Origin: Candidatus Parcubacteria bacterium
GTDB taxonomy: Bacteria; Patescibacteriota; Patescibacteriia; Patescibacteriales; UBA12465
NCBI GenBank assembly: GCA_037076615.1
Contig: AP029158.1
Coordinates: 325,470-389,469 of the forward strand
Reading direction: 5' to 3'
DNA: 64,000 nt
The translations under genes were made by a program, and so were the position numbers. The notes under the pieces are model-generated. The model made no database searches and had not been told where the DNA came from. It saw nothing but the letters and a program-made list of their open reading frames with translations. Positions within the stretch are counted from its first letter, which is position 1. Each line of letters starts with the position of its first letter. Positions 44,039 through 53,299 of this stretch are shown here, one piece after another.

Positions 44039-44977
44039 TTAATCCTTTAAAGGGTGGAACTTTTTTTGAGCTTGCCGGGCATAATTATCGGAAGCATGGA
44101 CATAACGAGTAGTGGTTTCCAGCGATTCATGGCCCAACAAGACTTGAATTGCCGCCGGATTGGCGCCCGCTTCGGCCAGATAAGTGGCAAAGCCATGGCG
44201 TAAGGAGTGCGGAGAAATAGGGAAGTTGATATTAAGAAGTTCTCTATAAGTCTTGATCATTTCTTGAACATAAACAGCCGAGAGCTTTTTTTGGCGGTCG
44301 GCCGCGTTTTGGCCCCGGTAGGGAATAAAGGCATAGTCGGAATCGTCAGTTCTCGTGCTTAAATAGGCCTCTAGATGTTCTTGAGCGCGCGAGGTGAGAT
44401 AAACAAAGCGCTCCTTCTTGCCTTTGCCTAAAACGAAAATACGGCCCTCTTTATCAATATCTTTTATCTTTAAATTAATGAGTTCAGAAATACGCAAACC
44501 GGTAGAGAAGAGTACTTCTAGAATAGCTCGATTGCGCTTCCCGATAGTTTGGTTTTTTTCGTGACTGGACGGGAATTCCAATAATTTAACCAATTCGTCA
44601 AGTCCGGCTACGGCCGCATTTTTCTTGGTTGTTTTGACCATTTTAATCATATCGGGAGCTATGGTAACCGGGTAATCCATTTCAATTAGATAACGGACGT
44701 AAGAGCGGAGAACTGAAAGCATGCGGTTGATAGAGTAAGCATTCAGTCTTTTTTTAGTTTCTTGAGCTAAAGGGGTCTTGCGATCACGAGAAGTTAAAAA
44801 TGCTTTATAGTTTAGTAAATCTTTTTTATTAATTTTCTTAAAGTCAACTTGATTTTCAAATAAAAAATCTTCAAAGACTTTAAGGTCTCGCTCATAATTG
44901 TAAATAGTTTCCAGCGAGTAGTTGTTGACCCTTAAATTGAGTAAAAAGTCGTCAAAGTGGGGTAGTTTCGCAGACAT
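44039..44977 (-). CDS. Tyrosine recombinase, Xer-like
   Basis: N-terminal SAM-like core-binding domain and C-terminal catalytic motifs GLRISEL, HSLRHGFATYL and LGHESLETTTRYVH. Confidence 0.85.
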   Translation of the reverse strand: MSAKLPHFDDFLLNLRVNNYSLETIYNYERDLKVFEDFLFENQVDFKKINKKDLLNYKAFLTSRDRKTPLAQETKKRLNAYSINRMLSVLRSYVRYLIEMDYPVTIAPDMIKMVKTTKKNAAVAGLDELVKLLEFPSSHEKNQTIGKRNRAILEVLFSTGLRISELINLKIKDIDKEGRIFVLGKGKKERFVYLTSRAQEHLEAYLSTRTDDSDYAFIPYRGQNAADRQKKLSAVYVQEMIKTYRELLNINFPISPHSLRHGFATYLAEAGANPAAIQVLLGHESLETTTRYVHASDNYARQAQKKFHPLKD

Positions 44978-44990
44978 AGTTTCATGATAG

Positions 44991-45024
44991 ATAACTGAGT
45001 ATAATATCTCTTACACTTAGTTAT
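44991..45024. other. Imperfect inverted repeat, 13-8-13 (candidate recombinase core site, operator or 5' UTR hairpin)
   Basis: ATAACTGAGTATA, then atatctct, then TACACTTAGTTAT. The arms are complementary at 11 of 13 positions. The element lies between the xer -10 element and the start codon. Confidence 0.35.
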
Positions 45025-45030
45025 ACTTCT

Positions 45031-45059
45031 AGTATAAGGCAAGCCGCCCATCGGGTCAA
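45031..45059 (-). promoter_or_regulatory. Sigma70-type promoter of the xer gene
   Basis: Minus strand reads TTGACC, 17 nt, TATACT. Confidence 0.55.
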
Positions 45060-45109
45060 GTTTGCCTTTATTCCGGTCATTATTAAGGTTTTGCAGTTCT
45101 TTAACACTT

Positions 45110-45250
45110 TTAACGGATTATTAAACCTAAAATATTTATTGGTGACTGAAACATTAAAACAATTTTAATAATTAAGAGAAAAATGCCGATGTAGATTAGA
45201 CCATAGACAAAGACAGCTAAGCCAAACAAAAATTTAAAAAACTGTTCCAT
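45110..45250 (-). CDS. Possible 46-aa hydrophobic peptide
   Basis: Own translation: MEQFFKFLFGLAVFVYGLIYIGIFLLIIKIVLMFQSPINILGLIIR. It starts 5 nt after the ftsQ-like stop. It is below the track length cutoff. Confidence 0.3.
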   Translation of the reverse strand: MEQFFKFLFGLAVFVYGLIYIGIFLLIIKIVLMFQSPINILGLIIR

Positions 45251-45255
45251 ATAAT

Positions 45256-46131
45256 TTATTTATTACCAATAAAGATTTTATCACCGTAACGTAAATCAAG
45301 ATAACTGATGCTACTTAGATTATCCTTGATTTTCTCTTTTTTGACAACTTCCAAGGCTAAAAGCTTGTCCTTAATATCACTGTCAATGGAAAAATAGGCT
45401 AATAAACCATCAGTAAATAAGACGCGCAGGCTCTTAAGTTTGACATCTTGTTGAGGAACAATAAATTTAGAAATTGTCAAGTCAGGGTAAAGTTCGGTGG
45501 CTTCTTTAAAATTAAAAATATATTCTAAATACTCCGCTGGTAAATCTAAGACACCGCCTTTAACCAGTTTCTTTTGGGACTGATTCTCAATTACCGGGAG
45601 GCGCAGCAGATCTTCAGCGCTCACTTCCTGATCATTAATGATAAACCCGCCCGAATCGCTATAATAGGTCTTCCCTTCCTCAATCCAGATAAAAGCATAA
45701 GGACGCTCTTCAATTTTAATTATGAGTTCATTGGGAAAATAACTCTTACTAATTTTAATTTGTGAAAAATTAAACTCTTCTAATAGAGCGGCCGCCGCAT
45801 CGCTAGTGTTAAAAAGAAGAATATTCTCTTTCTTGAAGAATTTACCCGCTGGTTCAGACATCTCTTGGCTGACATTTTTTAAAATCGCACTCTCTGGTAA
45901 ACGTCCTAAACCGTTAACAGTCACTTGCGAAATCTTAAGCCAAGGGGCGTTAAGGAGATAACAAATTAGAAATGCTAATACTGGCAACAGCAATAACCAT
46001 CGCCACCATGGCCGCCTTTTTTTATTTTTCCCTTTTTTGTTAAAAAAGGGATTATTAAAATTCTTCTTTTGATAATCACGTCTGATCGAAGAACTTTTTT
46101 TCTTAGATTTTTTGGAGCGGAAAGGAAACAT
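45256..46131 (-). CDS. ftsQ: FtsQ-like cell division protein (POTRA domain)
   Basis: Basic N-terminus, a transmembrane helix, then POTRA-like LKISQVTVNGLGRLPESAILKNV. Confidence 0.7.
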   Translation of the reverse strand: MFPFRSKKSKKKSSSIRRDYQKKNFNNPFFNKKGKNKKRRPWWRWLLLLPVLAFLICYLLNAPWLKISQVTVNGLGRLPESAILKNVSQEMSEPAGKFFKKENILLFNTSDAAAALLEEFNFSQIKISKSYFPNELIIKIEERPYAFIWIEEGKTYYSDSGGFIINDQEVSAEDLLRLPVIENQSQKKLVKGGVLDLPAEYLEYIFNFKEATELYPDLTISKFIVPQQDVKLKSLRVLFTDGLLAYFSIDSDIKDKLLALEVVKKEKIKDNLSSISYLDLRYGDKIFIGNK

Positions 46132-46133
46132 AA

Positions 46134-47261
46134 TTAAATAATAATGCGACGAATATTAGCTTTTAGACCGCAGAGCAGCTCGTATTCTATCATCTCAGCC
46201 TGAGCCGCTAAGTTACTTAAACTATTACTTTGTTTCGGGTTGGCACTGATTAGCTGAATCTCGGTTCCGAGCGGTAAACTTCTGGAGCCGCTCCGTAAAC
46301 AGGTGGAATTCATACAAATATTACCGGCGATCACTAATTTTTCTTCTTCGCAGTAGAAGACCGCTTGGCTGGAGAGGCGACGTGGCAGCCCTTCATAGTA
46401 ACCAAATGGAATCACGGCAATATTTTCTTCACCTTGAGCCTGGTAGGAACCGCCGTAGGAAACCTTTTCTCCAGCCGAGACAGCTTGTCTAGCCACCACC
46501 CGCGAATAAAGCTCTAGCGCTGGTTGTAAACTCTCATCTACGTCATTAAAGCGAGGATGGTCAGGGCTTAAAGGGTTGTAGCCATAAAGAGCAAGGCCAC
46601 TTCTAAATGCCGTTAATTTATCATTTTTTAAAGTAAAAACTCCGGCCGAATTACCTAAGTGTACCCAGCGCGGACGCTGGCCGGTACGTTCTAAATATTT
46701 TAAAGCGGCTAAAAATTTTTCTAGCTGCGCTTCGTTTTCCGGAGCAATGGTATCGGCATGAGCCAAGTGCGAACAAAGGCCGACAATTTTTAATTGGCTT
46801 AACTTTTTACTATTCTTTTCTAAAAAAACGGGTAAATCTTTAATGCCTTCGCGATTCATGCCGGTGTTTAAGAATAAATGAATTTTCGCGCCGCGCGGCA
46901 AGGCGGCTAAAACTTCTTCATCAGCGACCGCGAATTGGTAACGTTTAGAAGTCGCGTAAGTATAAACTTTGCGCGGCATGCGACTTAAAATTAAAATATC
47001 GCGCTTAAAGTATTTCTTAAGAATCTGGGCTTCCGGAAAAGAATCAACGGCCACTAAGGGGGCATCGGTTTCGTTTAAAATTTGTGCTAACTCTTTTAAA
47101 CCGTGACCATAGGCATTAGATTTTAAAACCGGAAAAATAGCGGCCGCGGGCTGTTCTTTTTTTAGGGCCTCGTAGTTAGCTAAAATCGCCGCTCGTTTAA
47201 TTTCTAAGCGGTTGAGCGTTTCATACTTAAGTTTAAAAGCTTGGCGAATTTTACTAAACAT
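46134..47261 (-). CDS. alr: Alanine racemase
   Basis: PLP-lysine motif VLKSNAYGHGL, the length and the C-terminal beta domain. Confidence 0.9.
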   Translation of the reverse strand: MFSKIRQAFKLKYETLNRLEIKRAAILANYEALKKEQPAAAIFPVLKSNAYGHGLKELAQILNETDAPLVAVDSFPEAQILKKYFKRDILILSRMPRKVYTYATSKRYQFAVADEEVLAALPRGAKIHLFLNTGMNREGIKDLPVFLEKNSKKLSQLKIVGLCSHLAHADTIAPENEAQLEKFLAALKYLERTGQRPRWVHLGNSAGVFTLKNDKLTAFRSGLALYGYNPLSPDHPRFNDVDESLQPALELYSRVVARQAVSAGEKVSYGGSYQAQGEENIAVIPFGYYEGLPRRLSSQAVFYCEEEKLVIAGNICMNSTCLRSGSRSLPLGTEIQLISANPKQSNSLSNLAAQAEMIEYELLCGLKANIRRIII

Positions 47262-47270
47262 GAGTTTGTT

Positions 47271-48368
47271 TTACGGGGCGACCGTTCCCTGCCCCTCATT
47301 TAATTTATCAGCTTTAAGATCGGTACTAATCTCGGCTAGGTTACCTGATAATTGTTCGCCGGTAAAAGAATCAGTAGCGATATAGGAAATATTACTTAAT
47401 AAGATTGGTGTCTGGCCCACTTGCTCGGCCGTAGGAATTATTTGAACATCTAAACCGGCGCGATTATCAGTGGTGGTTGCTGGTAATTCCGGAATAATCC
47501 AGGTTAAGCGTCGCGTGCTTTCGTCGTAAATTAAATCACCACTACTAACCGTTCGGCCGCTTCCTAAAGTGACGCCTGCGGCTAAACGAGCGGTTAAGGT
47601 AAAGTTTTTGACGACATTGCCGTCGTTATTAACCTGGAAGAATATCCAATAATTAGTGGGTAGACCGACCAGTGGCGGCAAAGGGCCAATGCCTAATTGA
47701 TCGCCATGCTCACTATGATAATAGGCGGCGGCACTAGCGCTGAGTTCACTAATTAATCTTAAAGGCTTAAGTTCATAGACAACACTTTTTTCTTGTTCGC
47801 CTTGCTTATAAGTAGAAACTAATCCCCAGCTCAGTGTTCGCTCGGAAGTGATGGGGGTGGCCGTTAACTGAGCTTGAATCTTAACTTTTTGTCCGGGCTC
47901 TAAAAGACTTAAACTGAGATGATCACCGCGAGATTTAAGATTAGTTGTAGTCGTCGCCGACGGTTCCTCTTCTTTAACCACCGTTATCATTTCCGTCGCT
48001 TGCGCCGAGACAATTCTAAATTTAGCGCTCGGGCTTAAAAATTGAATATCAATTTCAGTCATATCCTTTAAGTCCGGATTTTCAAGTTCTACTTCAAAAT
48101 TAAAAACTTGACGTGGCGAAACATTGCCGGAAAAAAGCGGTTCCGTGAGGCTGATTGCCTCTTCACTTTCGGCTGGGACTTGAACAATATGCGGAATCGG
48201 CGTTGTTTCCACGACCGGCGGTTCTTGTCGACTGATGATAAATAAACCCACCGCTAAAGCGATAATCAATAATAATAGAAAAATATCGATCACCAAATGC
48301 CAGCGGTGTTTTTTGAGATAGTGACGTTGACTCCTCTTCCGCCACCAATTTTTTAAAAAGTTTGCCAT
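47271..48368 (-). CDS. Membrane-anchored hypothetical protein with beta-sandwich-like extracellular repeats
   Basis: 365-aa ORF with an N-terminal basic region plus a transmembrane helix. No motif was recognised. Confidence 0.5.
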   Translation of the reverse strand: MANFLKNWWRKRSQRHYLKKHRWHLVIDIFLLLLIIALAVGLFIISRQEPPVVETTPIPHIVQVPAESEEAISLTEPLFSGNVSPRQVFNFEVELENPDLKDMTEIDIQFLSPSAKFRIVSAQATEMITVVKEEEPSATTTTNLKSRGDHLSLSLLEPGQKVKIQAQLTATPITSERTLSWGLVSTYKQGEQEKSVVYELKPLRLISELSASAAAYYHSEHGDQLGIGPLPPLVGLPTNYWIFFQVNNDGNVVKNFTLTARLAAGVTLGSGRTVSSGDLIYDESTRRLTWIIPELPATTTDNRAGLDVQIIPTAEQVGQTPILLSNISYIATDSFTGEQLSGNLAEISTDLKADKLNEGQGTVAP

Positions 48369-48374
48369 AGATTT

Positions 48375-48896
48375 TTACTCTAAAAGACTAGCTAAAATAT
48401 CTAAACGGCCGTCTTGATTTAAGTCGTCAAGAGCCACCGACAAGCCATTTTTTAAGTTACGATCGTAAGCCATAAATTGCGCTTTTAGCCTCCCCGTCTG
48501 ATCAAAAACACGTACCTGAGGATCAGCGCCGGGCCCGGGACCGGTAATAATTTCGGCCTGGCCATCGCCGTCAATATCGCCGACGGCAACATTAACACCG
48601 CCGCGAAAATCTTTATCATAGGCCATAAACTGGAGTTTCACTCGGCTTTGACTATCAAAAACGCGCACATGCGGACCACCGCCCAGACCAGCACCGGTCA
48701 CAATTTCGGCTTGACCGTCACCATCAATATCACCAACGGCCACGTTAACGCCGCCGCGAAAACGACTGTCATAGGCCATAAAAGCGCCTTTAACCTGGCC
48801 AGAATTATTAAAGATCCTCACTTGCGGACCACCGCCGCGACCAGCGCCAGTGACAATCTCTTTTTGACCATCACCATTTAAATCACCAAAACCCAT
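48375..48896. repeat. Intragenic 153-nt (51-aa) tandem repeats encoding FG-GAP-like blades
   Basis: The period was confirmed at DNA level: TCAATATCGCCGACGGCAAC at 48571 and TCAATATCACCAACGGCCAC at 48724. There are three full units plus a partial one. Confidence 0.85.
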
Positions 48897-50378
48897 TGTA
48901 AAATCACCATTCCAAGGACCAAAGGGGCGGAATTTTAAAGTTTCGCGGCCCTTAGTACTAATTTTCATCTCACCATTTTCCGCCACCGCCACTTGTTCAG
49001 CGCCCGTTCCAGAAAAATCTACTTTTAACAACTGCCGGCGACCGGAATAATTATCTAAGTACGCAAAGAAGCCATTGACTATCTGCGTGCCGGTGGTATC
49101 AAAAACGCGATAAAAATTGCCGTTGATAAAGTTAGAACCCTGGATTAGGTTTGGCCGCTTCAAAAGAATAATTCCGTCTTTAGGCGCTAAACTAATCCAG
49201 TTAACCCGTTGACCGTTATTGGTCAGCGGGTCTTGAGTGCCCCGCAAACGTTCAAATTCCTCTTTAGTAAAAACATAACGCTGCGTTTTATCAGTGGAGT
49301 TTAAAATCGCCACCCCGGCCGAAAAATCACGACGCCAAAGCCCGGGTTTTAAATTTTTATTTTGGCGATCCAATAAATTATAAGGAGCGGTTTGGGCTGA
49401 GCCTAAATCAATATTATATTCATCGTACCACCAGAGCCGACCATGATCTAAAGGTCCATAATCAAAGCTGTAATAAGCATTGCCCAATAAAGCATTAGTT
49501 AGGCCGTAGCGAAACTTTTTATAATCATCGGCGTTGTTAGCGGCCGCATTTAACACATTATGTTCTTGGCCGTTGTTAGAAAAAATTTGATAATTTTTTA
49601 AGACCGCCGTCCAGTCGCCGCCACTTACCCAAGGAGTGGGAAAATCTTCAATCATCCAGCCGTCTAAAAGAGTTTGGTATTGAGTGTGCCAACTACCATT
49701 GCCTAAAATAATTGCTTCCGGCCAGGCTTTTTCCGTCTTCGTAAAAATTTGGCGCATTCCATTGACCCAGGCGGTATTTAATTCGTAAGCGCTACTCTTA
49801 TAACCATTATTGCGCAAGGAGACATTGCCACCATTAAACCAAGCGGCGCCATCCCAGACATTGTCAAAAAAAACGCCATCCCAGAAGCCAGAACTTTTTA
49901 AATTATCAACTACAAATTTCGGCAAGTAATCATTATAGCGTTGACCATTTACTAAGGGGGCGTAGTTAGTAACATTTAAAACATAAGCATTGGGCCAATC
50001 CGATAAGCGCTGGCCACCACTATCACGTAACCACCAAGAATTCGAAATTCCGGCGTTTAATTTTTTCCGCAAGACCGACTCATTAGAATTTACCCACGGC
50101 TCAAAGAGATTTTGAGAAGTGACGTAAGCTAAGATAACAATATCGGGATTGAGCCGACGAATTAAACGTAATTGTTCCGGGCTGTTTTCTTGCACCTCCA
50201 TATCCAAAATCAAAAAGTCCCACTTCGCTAATTCGCGGGCTTTATCATCATTTAAAGACCAGTGCAAAAAATAATTAGCAATCTTCGGATTTTTTTCAGC
50301 GGCGAAAGTGGCCCCGGGAGTAAACGCCAAGGCTAAACAGAAAATAGTGATAGTCAGAAAATATTTTTTCATCAACAA
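48375..50378 (-). CDS. Secreted GHL-type TIM-barrel-like domain fused to FG-GAP/VCBS-like repeats
   Basis: Signal peptide, an N-terminal domain paralogous to 25747-26778, and a C-terminal repeat GDIDGDGQAEI[VI]TG.G.GG.P.VRVF in 3 to 4 copies. Confidence 0.6.
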   Translation of the reverse strand: MLMKKYFLTITIFCLALAFTPGATFAAEKNPKIANYFLHWSLNDDKARELAKWDFLILDMEVQENSPEQLRLIRRLNPDIVILAYVTSQNLFEPWVNSNESVLRKKLNAGISNSWWLRDSGGQRLSDWPNAYVLNVTNYAPLVNGQRYNDYLPKFVVDNLKSSGFWDGVFFDNVWDGAAWFNGGNVSLRNNGYKSSAYELNTAWVNGMRQIFTKTEKAWPEAIILGNGSWHTQYQTLLDGWMIEDFPTPWVSGGDWTAVLKNYQIFSNNGQEHNVLNAAANNADDYKKFRYGLTNALLGNAYYSFDYGPLDHGRLWWYDEYNIDLGSAQTAPYNLLDRQNKNLKPGLWRRDFSAGVAILNSTDKTQRYVFTKEEFERLRGTQDPLTNNGQRVNWISLAPKDGIILLKRPNLIQGSNFINGNFYRVFDTTGTQIVNGFFAYLDNYSGRRQLLKVDFSGTGAEQVAVAENGEMKISTKGRETLKFRPFGPWNGDFTMGFGDLNGDGQKEIVTGAGRGGGPQVRIFNNSGQVKGAFMAYDSRFRGGVNVAVGDIDGDGQAEIVTGAGLGGGPHVRVFDSQSRVKLQFMAYDKDFRGGVNVAVGDIDGDGQAEIITGPGPGADPQVRVFDQTGRLKAQFMAYDRNLKNGLSVALDDLNQDGRLDILASLLE

Positions 50379-50399
50379 AAATTAAGCCGTCACCGACAC

Positions 50400-51653
50400 C
50401 TAAGCGCGGGGGCGCAAACGTTCTTCTTTAAAGGGGAGATAAGGACGTAAAACTTCCGGAATAATTACCGAGCCATCCGCTTGTTGATTTTGTTCTAAAA
50501 TCGCTGGCAATAAACGACTGGTCGCTAGACCGGAAGCATTTAAAGTGTGAGCGAATTCCGTATTTTGGCCGGCATCTTTAAAACGGATACTACCGCGGCG
50601 CGCTTGATAGTCTAAAGCGTTGCTAATCGAAGAAACTTCTTTATAAATTTCCATGCTCGGCAACCAAACCTCGGCGTCATAAGTTTTCGCCATCGCCGCA
50701 CTGCAATCTTCGGCAGCTAATTTAGAAACTTGATAGTGCAAACCCAAGCCTTCAATAAGTTTTTTGGCATTGTCCACCAACTCATCAAAATACTGCCACG
50801 ACTCTTCGGGGCGACAAAAAACAAACATCTCAATTTTATTAAATTGATGGCCGCGCACCATGCCCCGCTCTTCCTGACGGTAAGATCCCGCTTCGCGGCG
50901 GAAACAAGCGGAGTAAGCGCAATATTTTTTTGGTAAGTCCTCGCCAGCTAAAATTTCTTCGCGATGATAATTACCTAACATCATTTCCGAGGTCGCATTT
51001 AGACACAAACCATCTTGATTCCAATAAAGATCATCCCGGAACTTAGGTAAATGCCCGGAAATATAAGCCGAATGCTCGGTTAACATAAACGGCGGAATCA
51101 TGAAGGTGTAGCCATTTTTGGTATGGAAATCAATAAAATAAGACAGTAAGGCCCATTCTAGTAGCGCTCCCATGCCGGTGTAGCACCAGAAACCGGAGCC
51201 AGACATTTTGGCCGCGCGCTCATAATCAATCAACCCTAAAGAGGTGGCGAGTTCCACATGATCTTTAGGTTCAAAATCAAATTCCGGTTTTTTACCAAAA
51301 GTATAGATCGCTTCATTATTTTCTTTACCGCCAGCCACCACATCGTCAGCCGGAAGGTTGGGCAAAGCGGCTAATTTTTCTTGTAGCTCTGCCTCCACTT
51401 TTTCCAAAGCTTCTTTCTTGGTAGCAATTTCATCGCCAAAGGAGCGGAGCTCGGCAATAATTTCTGGCGTCGGTTTAGTTTTTGATAAGCGGTTGCGCCG
51501 CGCTTGCATTTCTTCAAAAGCCGTCGTCAGTTCGCGCCGCCGTTCGTCAAGAGCGATCACCGCCTCTAAATCTAAATCTTCCGGGCGCATTCTTTTCAGA
51601 AGCGCTGCTTTAACTGTTGGTAATTCTTCTCTGATTTTTTTGATATCTAACAT
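50400..51653 (-). CDS. serS: Seryl-tRNA synthetase
   Basis: N-terminal coiled-coil arm and a class II core (FRREAGS, RGHQFNKIE, GLATSRLL). Confidence 0.93.
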   Translation of the reverse strand: MLDIKKIREELPTVKAALLKRMRPEDLDLEAVIALDERRRELTTAFEEMQARRNRLSKTKPTPEIIAELRSFGDEIATKKEALEKVEAELQEKLAALPNLPADDVVAGGKENNEAIYTFGKKPEFDFEPKDHVELATSLGLIDYERAAKMSGSGFWCYTGMGALLEWALLSYFIDFHTKNGYTFMIPPFMLTEHSAYISGHLPKFRDDLYWNQDGLCLNATSEMMLGNYHREEILAGEDLPKKYCAYSACFRREAGSYRQEERGMVRGHQFNKIEMFVFCRPEESWQYFDELVDNAKKLIEGLGLHYQVSKLAAEDCSAAMAKTYDAEVWLPSMEIYKEVSSISNALDYQARRGSIRFKDAGQNTEFAHTLNASGLATSRLLPAILEQNQQADGSVIIPEVLRPYLPFKEERLRPRA

Positions 51654-51663
51654 AGAAAAATGG

Positions 51664-53286
51664 TTAACTAATTACTTCGCCGCCAAAAGTTTGAAGTAAG
51701 TTGTCTAATAAATTATCATTAGTTGAATTAAGGGCTTCTTTTTTTTCTGGAGCCACTGGTTTGTCAGCCGTCTTTTCTGTTTCCGTCTTCGCTTTTAAAA
51801 CTAAATTTTCATCAACACTTAAAACCGTTCGGACTCGGCCGCCATAAACTTCGGCTAAAATATTTTCCACTTCCGGTTTGATTTGGGGGTCGCCGATGCG
51901 CTCTTTGTGAAACTTATATTTAAAAGTTAAAGGAAGCTCGCCTTTTTCTAGAGCGCCCGCAACACAATTTTGCAAAACAAAAGATAAGGAGTGATTATGG
52001 CTTTTTACGCGCGCTAAAAACTCTGACCAGCGGGCCCTTATCTCATCAACTTTAAGATCGGCAGCCAGGGGCCCCGAAGGCGTTTCCGGATTAGGAGCGG
52101 CTGGTTTTTTATTAGCGGCAATAAAACGATTTGGTGCAGCCGGCGGCGTGGTCGTCGTTGGTTTAACGGTTGGAGCGGCCTTCGGCGCCTCCGCGCAAAG
52201 AGCAATAATTTTAATTTCTAATGGCAGTTGCGCGACCGTATAGGTTAATTTGTCATTAAAGAGCTCTAAAAAGCCCTCTAAATAGGTGGCAATTTGAATT
52301 GGGGTGGCTTCTGAGGCAATCTCACTAACAGCAATCTCTGCTTCCCCATCTAAGGCGATGGTGTAATTGTCGGCTAACTTAGGACTGGCTTGGTAAAGTA
52401 AAATTTTGCGCAAGACTTCCAAGATCTCACCAGTTAAATTTTTTAAGTTCAACCCGGAGTCGGCGGCTTGATTAACTAACTTAATGGCGCCCGCCACGTC
52501 TTTCTTTAATAAATATTTAATTAACTCAATCGCTTCGTCGTGATGATGACGGGGAACGATTAATTCCGCTTGCTCCCAAGTGATTTCTTGACCGGCTTCC
52601 CCTAAAGATAAAACTTGACCCAGTAAACTTTCGGCATCACGCAAATGGCCGCCCGCCTGACGGGCAATCGCCTCTAAAACCTCATCAGCCATTTCCGCTC
52701 TTTCCTGACTGACAATGCGACGGAGCTTGCCAATGACCTCGGTTAAAGGGATTCTTTTAAAATCAAAACGTTCACAGCGAGAAATAATCGTCTCCGGGAC
52801 TTTATGAACTTCGGTGGTGCACAAAACAAAAATCACTCGCGCCGGCGGTTCTTCTAAAGTTTTTAGGAGTGCATTCCAGGAGCTAACACTCAACATGTGG
52901 ACTTCATCAATGATAAAAATACGGTAGCGATTTTTAGTAGCGGCGACTCGGGCAAAGGTAATAATATTATCGCGGACATTATCAACGCCAGTATTAGAAG
53001 CGGCATCAATTTCCACCACATCTAAATCATTGCTGCGGGCGATATTTTGACAGCTAGTACAAGTATCACAAGGTTCGGCGCTGTCACTTTGGCGATTCTC
53101 GCAATTTAAAGACTTAGCCAAAATTCTCGCCACCGTCGTTTTGCCAACGGCGCGCGGTCCACAAAATAAATAGGCGTTGGCCGGAGCGCCAGCGATAATT
53201 TCATTTTGCAAAGCAATTTTGATATGGTTTTGTCCGAGCACTTCGGAGAAATTTTTGGGGCGATAATCGCGATATAAAGTGGACAT
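51664..53286 (-). CDS. dnaX: DNA polymerase III subunit gamma/tau
   Basis: Walker A GPRAVGKTT, a Zn module CENRQSDSAEPCDTCTSC, DEVHMLS and SRC. Confidence 0.9.
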   Translation of the reverse strand: MSTLYRDYRPKNFSEVLGQNHIKIALQNEIIAGAPANAYLFCGPRAVGKTTVARILAKSLNCENRQSDSAEPCDTCTSCQNIARSNDLDVVEIDAASNTGVDNVRDNIITFARVAATKNRYRIFIIDEVHMLSVSSWNALLKTLEEPPARVIFVLCTTEVHKVPETIISRCERFDFKRIPLTEVIGKLRRIVSQERAEMADEVLEAIARQAGGHLRDAESLLGQVLSLGEAGQEITWEQAELIVPRHHHDEAIELIKYLLKKDVAGAIKLVNQAADSGLNLKNLTGEILEVLRKILLYQASPKLADNYTIALDGEAEIAVSEIASEATPIQIATYLEGFLELFNDKLTYTVAQLPLEIKIIALCAEAPKAAPTVKPTTTTPPAAPNRFIAANKKPAAPNPETPSGPLAADLKVDEIRARWSEFLARVKSHNHSLSFVLQNCVAGALEKGELPLTFKYKFHKERIGDPQIKPEVENILAEVYGGRVRTVLSVDENLVLKAKTETEKTADKPVAPEKKEALNSTNDNLLDNLLQTFGGEVIS

Positions 53287-53299
53287 AATTAAGGTTTTC

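Noticed and set aside
44039-45255. Integrase as a marker of an integrated mobile element or prophage
   Set aside because: There is no flanking tRNA, no direct repeats and no phage or plasmid genes. The domain layout and the neighbourhood (ftsQ, alr) fit a chromosomal Xer-type recombinase better.
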